DNA of 64,000 bases. It comes from Pristiophorus japonicus. Lineage: Eukaryota. Shown here in pieces: positions 51,388-62,041 of this stretch (positions are counted from its first letter, which is position 1; every line of letters begins with the position of its first letter). The translations under genes were made by a program, and so were the position numbers. The notes under the pieces were generated by a model. The model had not been told where the DNA came from, made no database searches, and worked only from the letters and a program-made list of their open reading frames with translations. The DNA lies in the NCBI RefSeq assembly GCF_044704955.1, contig NC_092006.1:5456001-5520000 (forward strand), read 5' to 3'.

Positions 51388-53033
51388 CTGAGAGAAGAAC
51401 ATGGTCACCACGGGGTCTGTTACAACAGGAATAAACACCGCTTCAGATCAAGAAACCCACACAGCAGTGAACGGTGAGAGAGGCGCTCGTGTTCAAGGAG
51501 CCTCATTTCTAATTGAGTTCAATGCTGAGGGTTAACATTGAGCCAATAACAGGAGGACAGAAGGAAGGAAGAGAAAAAAAGAAAGAGAAAGAGAAAGAAA
51601 TAGAGAGAGAGAAGGAAAGAAAGAGAGAGAGCGAGAGAAAGAGATAGAGAGAGAAAAGAAANNNNNNNNNNNNNNNNNNNNNNNNNNNNNNNNNNNNNNN
51701 NNNNNNNNNNNNNNNNNNNNNNNNNNNNNNNNNNNNNNNNNNNNNNNNNNNNNNNNNNNNNNNNNNNNNNNNNNNNNNNNNNNNNNNNNNNNNNNNNNNN
51801 NNNNNNNNNNNNNNNNNNNNNNNNNNNNNNNNNNNNNNNNNNNNNNNNNNNNNNNNNNNNNNNNNNNNNNNNNNNNNNNNNNNNNNNNNNNNNNNGAGAA
51901 ACAGATAGAGAAAAAGAAAGAAAGAGAGAGAGAAAGAAAGATAAAGAGATAGAGAGAGGGAAAGAAAGAGTTGGATTTATATAACGCCTTTCGCAACCAC
52001 TGGACTCAAAGTGCTTTACAGCCAATGAAGTACTTTTTGAAGTGTAGTCACTGTTGTAATGTGGGAAACACGGCGCACAGCAAGCTCCCACAAATAGCAA
52101 TGTGTTAATGACCCAGATCATCTGTTTTCGAGATGCTGATTGAGGGATAAATATTGGCCCCAGGACACCGGGGAGAACTCCCCTGCTCTTCTTCGAAATA
52201 GTGGCCGTGGGATCTTTTACGTCCGCCCGAGAGAGCAGACGGGGCCTCGGTTTAACGTCTCAGGCAATAGATGCAGAATATTGACATTGGGTCTATTTCC
52301 CACCAGCCTGAGATATTGCAAGATGCTAATATCAGCGAACGCAGCGCGCAATCTCCGACTCGGCTGACGAGCTCGCTGATCTTACGCCGCAGTTCCGCCA
52401 TGGATTACCAGCAAATTCGACTGACCTGGAAAGAGAAGGGCGAGCACGCAGGGAGCTAAGCGATGCATTGTCTGCGACCTGAGGCGTTTGCTGTCCAACT
52501 CCACACTGACGCTTTGCCGGGAGGTCTTTGCGCCCGCAAGCGACGTGAAATGCACACAGCTTGCAGAACGTGCGTTTAAAAATAGCGGTCTGGAAAATCC
52601 AACCCGGTGCAAAAGCTGGCTGCGGGTTTCCTGTTGACACACGAGGCGCCCACGCACAGATGTGCCTGCAAAGGGCAATGTGTTACAGCTGGTCTGAAGG
52701 GTGCTGTGCAGTCGAGACCCATTAAACCGTGAACTAACGCCAGGCGGTGCAGAATTCCACACACCGTGTACCGCTTGTGCAATTCGAGTGGCCGCGGGGG
52801 AATTATCCCGTTTCCGAGTGTTGCGATCGATTGGTCCAGAATGCATTCATTGATACACCCTTACTCGTACCAACAAAAAATGGATCACATTCTGCCCAGA
52901 GAATGCCCTTCAAATTCTTACACTGGTAAAAAAGCAGGCACAAGGCCTCTTTTTTTTTTTACCAGCGTAAGAGTTTAAAGCAACAGGAAAATAAAATATT
53001 ATCACCTATTAGCTGTAGGCTGCAGGACTATAG

Positions 53034-53502
53034 AACTGACCACACTCGATCAGCTCTACTGGGCAGGCCACATAGTTCGCATGCCAGACACGAGACTCCC
53101 AAAGCAAATGCTCTATGCGGAGCTCCGTCATGGTAATCGAGCCAAAGGTGGGCAGAGGAAACGTTACAAGGACCACCCTCAAAGCCTCCCTGGTAAAGTG
53201 CGACATCACCACCGACACCTGGGAGACCCTGGCCGCAGACCGCCCGAGGTAGAGAACGTCCATCCGGGAGGGCGTTGAGCCCTTCGAGTCTCGACGCAAA
53301 GAGCGTGAAGAGGTCAGGCACAGGCAGCGGAAGGAGCGCGCGGCAAACCAGCCCCACCCACCCCTTCCCCCGCCGAATGTCTGTCCCACCTGTGACAGGG
53401 TCTGTGACTCTCGTATCGGACCGTTCAGCCACCAGAGAACTCACTTTGGGAGTGGAGGCAAGTCTTCCCCGATTCCGAGGGACTGCCTGTGATGATGATG
53501 AT
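53034..53502 (+). mobile_element. RTE-clade LINE 3' fragment
   Basis: WAGHIVRMPDTRLPKQMLYAELRHG.RAKGGQRKRYKD peptide and (GAT)n tail. Confidence 0.85.
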
Positions 53503-55882
53503 ACGATCAATGAACTGGTCAGGTGGGCAGAACAGCGGCAAATGGAATTCAATCCAGAGAAGTGTGAGGTAATGCATTTGGGGAGGGCTAACAAGGCAAG
53601 GGAATACATTGAATGGTCAGACACTGAGAAGTGTAGAGGAACAGAGGGACCTTGGAGTGCAGGTCCACAGATCCCTGAAGGTAGCAGGCCAGGTGGATAA
53701 GGTGGTTAAGAAGGCATACGGAATACCTGCCTTTATTAGCCGAGGCATGGAATACAAGAGCAGGGAGGTTATGCTTGAACTGTATAAAACACTGGTTAGG
53801 CCACAGCTGGAGTACTGCGTGCAGTTCTGGTCAGGAAAGATGTGATTGCACTGGAGAGGGGGCAGAGGAGATTTACCAGGATGTTGCCGGGACTGGAGAA
53901 CTTTAGCGATGAGGAAAGATTGGATAGGCTGGGGTTGTTTTCTTTGGAACAAAGGAGGCTGAGGGGAGAGCTTATTGAGGTGTCTAAAATTACGAGGGGC
54001 CTGGATAGAGTGGATAGGACGGACCTGTTTCCCTTGGCAGAGGGGTCAACAACCAGGGGGCACAGATTTAAAGTAATTGGGGGGAGGTTTAGAGGAGATT
54101 TGAGGGGAAATTTCTTCACCCAGAGGGCGGTGGGGGTCTGGGGCGGAACTCACTGCCTGAAAGGGTGGTAGAGGCAGAAACCCTCACCACATTTAACAAG
54201 TACCTGGATGTGCGCTTGAAGTGCCGTAACCTACAGGGCTATGGACCGAGAGCGGGAAAGTGGGATTAGGCCGGGTAGCTCTTGGTCGGCCGGCGCGGAC
54301 ACGATGGGCTGAAACGGCCTCCTTCCGTGCCGTAAATGTCTATGATTCTACGATTCATACTTATGCCAACATAAATAGCCCACATTCTGCCCGGCGTATG
54401 CCCATGAAATTCTGACGCTGGCCAAAGCAGGAGCAAGTGGGTAGCACTCTCGTCTCAGAGTCAGAAGGTTGTGGGTTCAAGTCCCACTTCAGAGATTGAG
54501 CATACAACCCAGGGATGGAATACTTCTCGACCTGGAGTCCAGCTTGGTGCTGTCTATAATCCACATTTTTTCATTTCCTGGATTATCCAGCTAACCAATT
54601 ACTCACATGAACGTTCCTTTCTACGTAAGTAAGAATAACATGCAGCACAGCTCAATGCAAAATCCAACGTGCATGTTTTGGTAAACTGATAAAACCTTAT
54701 ATCTGAATAACATTTTAAAAATGGCAAGTTATGACAGTAAACAGCAATAAGAGTGTATACCCGGCTATAATCCACAAACCCCCGCATTCAAAGTACATAA
54801 TGAAGTGAAAACAATATGTATTTTCTCACTCTGACATTGCAATGACTCAGTAACGATTTCCCAGTCAATTGGTCTTGCAACAGTGCCTGAGCTATCCTGT
54901 GGGTCCTTGGTTTCACTGACACACCGCACACATTTGTTCTTTCAATCTGTGCTGTAAATCGGCCGCAGAGATATTCTGAGCGCATCTGGACCGAGCGATC
55001 AAAGAGCAGGATTCACATCCACAACGCTGGGGTTTCAAAACCAGTTTAATTTATCTGTAAACATTACATATGAATTATATCACGTGCTGTATAAAGATGT
55101 ACTCAGCACGGAAACCACAAATACAAGAATTTGGCATTACAATACTTGAAATTAGTTGAGTATATTCAAGACGGAGAGCGATATAGGAGCAGGAGTTGGC
55201 CATTCAGCCCCTCGAGCCTGCTCCGCCATTTAATACCATCATGGCCGCTCTGATCATGGACTCAGCTCCCCTTCCCCGCCTGTTCCCCATAACCCTTTAC
55301 TCTCTTATCGCTCAAAAATCTGTCTATCTCCACCTTAAATATATTCAATGACCCAGCCTCCACAGCTCTCTGAGTCAGCGAATTCCACAGATTTACAACC
55401 CTCTGAGAGAAGAAATTCCTCCTCATCTCAGTTTTAAGTGGGCGGCCCCTTATGCCCCCCCAGTTTTAGTTTCGCCTATGAGTGGAAACATCCTCTCTGC
55501 ATCCACCTTGTCGAGCCCCCTCATTATCTTATATGTTTCCATTAGATCACCTCTCATTCTTCTGAACTCCAATGAGTAGAGGCCCAACCTACTCAACCTA
55601 TCCTCATAAGTCAACCCCCTCCGGAATCAGCCGAGTGAACCTTCTCTGAACACCCTCCAATGCAAGTATATCCTTCCTTAAATACGGAGACCAAAACTGC
55701 ACGCAGTACTCCAGGTGTGGCCTCACCAATACCCTGTACATTTGTAGCAGGACTTCTCTGCTTTTATACTCCATCCCCCTTGCAATAAGGCCAACATTCC
55801 ATTCCAGTTGAGATCGAAGATCGGCCATGATCTTATTGAATGGCGGAGCAGGCTCGAGGAGCCGAATGGCCTCCTCCTGCTC

Positions 55883-56146
55883 CTAATTCGTATATTCTAA
55901 AATAGAGATTAAACTGAACAGTAACCGACATATCATCGTAAGAACAGTGGCCCAACACAACGCTATGTAAGAGTCCATTTCAATGGTAGAGTTTTCGATT
56001 GGACCCAATTGGGAAATCGCGCCCAAACTATGTTTGAAATTGCACCGACTGTCCGGCAAAACAGAGGAAGCTTTGCACTCCATATCGTCTTTCCTTTCCC
56101 ATCGGAGTGTTGGCTCCGTGTTAAATGCCAGCTGGGCATAAAGAGT
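55883..56146 (-). CDS. Gene 3 terminal exon TLYAQLAFNTEPTLRWERK...DSYIAL...EYTN*
   Basis: ttctctcacag acceptor, phase 0; paralogous to the gene 2 terminal exon but with a longer open frame. Confidence 0.75.
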   Translation of the reverse strand, partial: TLYAQLAFNTEPTLRWERKDDMECKASSVLPDSRCNFKHSLGAISQLGPIENSTIEMDSYIALCWATVLTMICRLLFSLISILEYTN

Positions 56147-58776
56147 CTGTGAGAGAAAACAGAAACAATTACCACGGCCCACATCTTCAGCGTCGGAACA
56201 GTGGGACAGGAGAGGGCCATTCAGCCCTTCGAGCCTGTTCCCCCATTCAGTTTGATCATGGCTAATGTGTATCTGAACTCCATCCGCCCGCCTTAAATAC
56301 CCTCGCCCAACACCAATCTTTCATCGCAGTTTTGAACATTTCAATTGACCCTCAGCCTCAACAACTTTATGAGGGAGAGAGTTCCAGGTTCCCGCGGCCC
56401 TTTGTCTGAAGATGTGTTTCCTGACATCACCCCTGAACGGCCGGGCTCGAATTTTAAGGTCAAGCCCCCTTGTTCTGGACTCCCCAGACTCTCTCAAATT
56501 CTCTAATCATCTTAAATATCTCGATTACATCACCCTGTAATCTACACTCGAGGGAAAACAAGGCCAGTCTAAGAACATAAGAACATAAGATTTAGGAGCA
56601 GGAGTCAGCCATTCGGGCCCCTCGAGCTTGCTCCGCCATTCAATGAGATCACGGCTGACCTTCGACCTCAACTCCACTTTCCTGCCCCATCTCCATATCC
56701 CTTGTTCCCCTCGATTCCGAAAATCTCTCGATCTCAGCCTTGAATATACTCAACGACTGAGTCTCCACAGCCCTCTGGGGCAGAGAATTCCAAAGATTCA
56801 CCACCCTCTGAGTGAAGAAATTCCTCCTCATCTCAGTCCTAAATGGCCAAGCCCTTATCCTGAGACTGTGTGACCCCTGGTTCTAAACTCCCCAGCCCTG
56901 ATATGATTCAATGAGATCACATCTCATTCTTCTAAACTCCAGAGAGTATAGGCCCAGTCTACTCAACAGGTATATGCAACCTGTCCCATAATATAACCCT
57001 TTTAGCATGTTGGGACATTTTATTGGTTGTTGATAGCTCAGGTATAATTGTAGTGAATCGGCAATCCTGTGGGTATTTATAATTACTGACTGAAAATATC
57101 CAAATATAGATATTTGAATTTACTTTCAAATAAAAGGTGAATTTGTTTATTCGTTCCTGGGATGTGGGCGTGGCTGGCAAGGCCGGCATTTATTGCCCAT
57201 CCCTAATTGCCCCTTGAGAAGGTGGTGGTGAGCCGCCTTCTTGAACCACAGAGGGTGGTTAAGCACCATTCAAATCGCTGTGGGTTTGGAGTCACGTATC
57301 AGCCAGACTGGGTAAGGGGCAGTAGATTTCTGTGATTTCCTTCCCTGAAACATAGAAACATAGAAACATAGAAAATAGGTGCAGGAGTAGGCCATTCGGC
57401 CCTTCGAGCCTGCACCACCATTCAATATGATCATGGCTGATCATGCAACTTCTGTACCCCTTTCCTGCTTTTTCTCCATACCCCTTGATCCCTTTAGCCA
57501 TAAGGGCCACATCTAACTCCCTTTTGAATATATCCAACGAACTGGCCTCAACATCTTTCTGTGGTAGAGAATTCCACAGGTTCACAATTCTCTGAGTGAA
57601 GAAGTTTCTCCTCATCTCGGTCCTAAATGGCTTACCCGTTATCCTTAGACTGTGACCCCTTGTTCTGGACTTCCCCAACATTGGGAACATTCTTCCTGCA
57701 TCTAGCCTGTCCAATCCCGTCAGAATTTTATATGTTTCGATGAGATTCCCCTCTCATTCTTCTAAATTCCACTGAATATAAGCCTAGTCGATCCAGTCTT
57801 TCTTCATATGTCAGTCCTGCCATCCCGGGAATCAGTCTGGTGAACCTTCGCTGCACTCCCTCAATAGCAAGAATGTCCTTCCTCAGATTAGGAGACCAAA
57901 ACTGCACACAATACTCCAGGTGTGGCCTCACTGAGGCCCTGTAGGAGGGCGATGGCTACGAAGCCAGGTCGCTGGTTGCAGTGCAGGCAGGCACAGCAGG
58001 AGGGGCGACGGAGCAGCAAGAGTCCGTAGAGGGAAGTGATCGAGGCCCAAGAGAGGCGTGAATCTGGGGCCCAGAAGAGACGAGGGCCCAGGGGCAGCAC
58101 GGGCCCAGCCCACACTGTGCGATATGTGCGCGCACTAGGCCCGTGCAGCAGAGCTGGTCTCCAGTCGTCCTGGTTCACCCTTGCCCCTGGACCAAGACCT
58201 CGCTCTGTCAAGCCCCGTGTGGTGGCTGGTGTGCAACGGTCACCCCACGTTAAAAAAAAACACCCACAGGGGCCTTCCACCCTTCAGGATGTAGTTCGGG
58301 ATCTAGAATTTTAGGTTCTTTATTGAAACACTGTGAACTCATCCCTTTTTTGGCGTGGAATCAAGCCATACTCACTTCGAGGGACTGCCTATAATGATGA
58401 TACAACTGCAGTAAGACCTCCCTGTTCCTATACTCAAATCCCCTATACTGTCCTATACTCAAAGACATTAGTGACACCAGATGGGGTTTTACAATCTGGT
58501 AATTTTATGGTCACCGTTACTTTTTAATTCCACATTTATTTGATTAATTGAATTTAAACTTCTCACCTACCATGGTGGGATTGGAATTCGGGTCCCCGGG
58601 ATTAATAGTCCAGGCGCCTGGATTACTAGCCCGCTGACATAACCACTATGCTACCGTTCTGTCGTGTTGAGCGAAGACAGCTCTTTTCCTATCTACCGCC
58701 TGGAACAGCGAACCACCCTGCAAGCGGATAAATTGGGAGTGCGGAGGAGTTTGAAGCACCTTGCGACCATCCCTAC

Positions 58777-58883
58777 CTGACTGCCGCTCCGGACAGCCGC
58801 CACAGACACCATCAGGAGCAGGTGAAGCGCCGCCAACAAATTCAGGACCAACCGCAATCTGCAGGCGCTCTGTGACGGAGACA
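58777..58883 (-). CDS. Gene 3 TM exon VSPSQSACRLRLVLNLLAALHLLLMVSVAAVRSGSQ
   Basis: tcttacag acceptor and CAG|gtaggg donor, 107 nt, phase 1-0; 10 nt shorter than the gene 2 TM exon. Confidence 0.85.
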
Positions 58884-61305
58884 CTGTAAGAAAAGAGCTT
58901 TTTTAAAGAAAAAGGACGTTTCTGCAAAGAGTTAAACAAGTGCAGCCACCGAGCAAATCTGCTTGTGGAATTTCACACAAAACATTTTGCATAGTTCCCC
59001 AGCGAGCAGATATCTGAGAGGCCCCTGCTTACCGATAACTTTGCAATTAACAAGGACTGCGATGTTGCGATAGACAGGCAGACACGGGCAGACACCTGAG
59101 AGATAGACAGATAAGAACACAAGAAATAGGAGCAGGAGTCGGCCATTTGGCTCCACAGCTGGTCTGGTCTCGGGCTCAGCTCTACTTCCCTGTCTGATAG
59201 ATAGACAGACAGACATAGAGATAGAGATAGAGAGAGAGTTAGAGAGTTAGAGAGAGAGAGGGAGATAGAGAGAGAGAGAGAGAGAGAGAGGGAGATAGAT
59301 AGATAGAGAGTTAGAGAGAGAGAGATAGATAGATAGAGAGTTAGAGATAGAGAGTTAGAGATAGAGAGTTAGAGATAGAGATAGAGAGTTAGAGATAGAG
59401 ATAGAGAGTTAGAGATAGAGAGTTAGAGATAGAGAGTTAGAGATAGAGAGTTAGAGAGATAGATAGATAGAGTTAGAGATAGAGAGTTAGAGATAGAGAG
59501 TTAGAGATAGAGAGTTAGAGAGATAGATCGATTGGATAGGCTGGGTTGTTTTCTTTGGAACAGAGGAGACTGAGGGGCGACCTAATTGAGGTGTATAAAA
59601 TTATGAGGGGCCTGGATAGAGTGGATAGGACAGACCTGTTTCCCTTGGCAGAGGGGTCAACAACCAGGGGTCACAGATTGAAAGTAATTGGGAGGAGGTT
59701 TAGAGGGGATTTGAGGGGAAATGTCTTCACCCAGAGGGTGGCGGAGGTCTGGGGTGGAACTCACTGCCTGAAAGGGTGGTAGAGGCAGAAACCCTCACCA
59801 CATTTAAAAAGCACCTGGATGTGCGCTTGAAGTTCCGTAACCTACAGGGCTACGGACTGAGAGGTGGAAAGTGGGATTAGGCTGGGTGGCTCTTTGTCGG
59901 CCGGCGCAGACATGATGAGCCGAATTACCTCCTTCCATGCTGTAAATTTCTATGATTCTAGGATAGACATCGCGATAGAACACAGCACAGTGGAAATGTA
60001 ATCACATTTTCGACTTTTAAGCAGGGAGGTACCTTACTCCGAACATTTATTCCCTAGCTAGACAGATAGACTTCAAAATTCAGCAAGGTAGACACTGAAA
60101 CATTGAGAGATATGTGATAGGGAGATCGTGGTATAATTATACACGCAGACGCAGAAAAGGACGTAAGAATATAAGAACATAAGAAATAGGAGCAGGAGTC
60201 GGCCATTCGGCCCCTCGAGCCTACTCCGCCATTCAATACGATCCTGGCTGATCCGATCATGGACTCAGCTCCACTTCCCCGCCCACTCCCCATAACCCTT
60301 CACTTCCTTATCGCTCAAAAATCTGTCTATCTCCACCTTATATATATTCAAGTTCCCAGCCTCCACAGCTCTCTGGAGCCGAGAATTCCACAGATTTACA
60401 ACCCTCTGAGAGAAGAAATTCCTCCTCATCTCAGTTTTAAATGGGCGGCCCCTTATTCTGAGACTATGCCCCCTAGTTCTAGTCTCCCCCATCAGTGGAA
60501 ACATCCTCTCTGCATCCACCTTGTCGAGCCCCCTCATTATCTTATACGTTTCGATAAGATCACCTCTCATTCTTCTGAACTCCAATGAGTAGAGACCCAA
60601 CCTGCTCAACCTTACCTAAGAAGTCAACCCCCTCATCTCCGAAATCAACCAAGTGAACCTTCTCTGAACTGCCTCCAGTGCAAGTATATCCTTCCTTAAA
60701 TACGGAGACCAAAACTGCACGCAGTACTCCAGGTGTGGCCTCACCAATACCCTCTCCAGTTGTAGCAGGACTTCTCTGCTTTTATACTCTATCCCCCTTG
60801 CAATAAAGGCCAAGATTCCATTCCAGTTGAGGTCTAAGATTGGCCGTGATCTTATTGAATGGCAGAGCAGGCTCGAGGGGCCAAATGGCCTCCTCCTGCT
60901 CCTAATTCGTATATTCTAAAATAGAGGTTAGACTGAACAGTAACCGACATATCGTAGAGGGTTGTTGAGGCCAGTCTGTTAGATATATTAAAGAGGAAGC
61001 TAGATATGGCCCTTACAGCTAAAGGGATCAAGGGGTATGGAGAGAAAGCAGGAATGGGGTACTGAGGTGAATGATCAGCCATGATCATATTGAATGGTGG
61101 TGCAGGCTCGAAGGGCCGAATGGCCTACTCCTGCACATATTTTCTATGTTTCTATGTAAGGACAGTGGCTAAATACAGCGCTATGTATTCTGAATTCCCT
61201 GTCATTCTTCTGAACTCCAGGCCTTCAATATACAAAAAGTTGCGAAGAAGTGAGACTCACATCACCATTGAAGATATTAGTGAAGGGGACACCGGCCACA
61301 GTTAC

Positions 61306-61611
61306 CTCCCGGAGATGCGACGCTTTCACTCAGGAGATCCCCGGTGGCGTTGATCGGAACGGTGCAAGTGCAGACGGCGCCGCTGCGCCAGGTTTCGGCC
61401 GAGACGCTCAGGACGCTTCTGGCGGTATAGCTCCCGTCCGGCTCCAGCTTGCCGGGCTCGCTCCGTCCCTCGGCGGCCCATCCCGCAACCAGCCAGCGGA
61501 TGGGGAAGGAGTCCGGAGCAGCGCCCCGCACCAGACACATCAAGGGCACTCTCTCCAGCCGGGGAATCTCAGCCGGCGGTGGCGTTAAGAGGAAGAGGAC
61601 CGGGGGGCCCG
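61306..61611 (-). CDS. Gene 3 Ig C1-set exon
   Basis: VPLMCLVRGAAPDSFPIRW...DGSYTARSVLSVSAETWRSGAVCTC; 306 nt, phase 1-1. Confidence 0.93.
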
Positions 61612-61702
61612 CTAGATGGAAGAGAAATTGGAATTAACCAGGCGCACAAGGTAGGTTTGAATTGGTGTCTCGACGCACAATTGGATGGACGAGTGGGATT
61701 AC

Positions 61703-62041
61703 CTGTGATCACCAGCGTGGTGCCAGTCCCGAATATCAGGGACCGATTCCTGGCGTTTGGAGCAGCGCAGTAATACCGCCCAGAATCGCTCCTCTGGACG
61801 TTGTCAATGACCAGCGAATAATTCCCCGATTGCTCGCATACCTCGCCGGAAAATCTTCCCCCGGGCCTCACGAACCGTCCGGTTTTGTAAACGATCCGCA
61901 TGCCCTCTCGGTGCCAGTGTGTGTACCAGTAAACGATGCCCGGGGCCAGCCTCCCGGTCTGGCATTGAAGTTTGACCAGGCTCCCGACATCGGCCGTTAG
62001 CAGCGCCGGAAATTGGCTCAAGACCGCCTGAGACACGACAG
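61703..62041 (-). CDS. Gene 3 VJ-type V exon (leader not found)
   Basis: LSQFP...GSLVKLQC...YWY...RFSG...YSLVI...DSGRYYC...LIFGTGTTLVIT; 339 nt, phase 1-1, open frame. Confidence 0.93.

Noticed and set aside
54607-54674. Candidate leader exon for gene 2 (MHVGFCIELCCMLFLLT*, gtgagt donor, minus strand)
   Set aside because: It contains a stop and ends in phase 2 rather than phase 1; it could be a decayed leader but cannot be supported.
60033-60058. Possible micro-exon between the gene 3 C1 and TM exons
   Set aside because: Every acceptor/donor combination I tried gives a stop or the wrong phase; C1 already splices in frame to TM.
51049-62041. Genes 2 and 3 as ordinary germline-joined Ig light-chain clusters or TCR genes
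   Set aside because: The C1 exons end in splice donors leading to TM and Tyr-motif exons, the V-C introns are under 100 nt, and there is no terminal light-chain Cys/stop or TCR-type TM signature.
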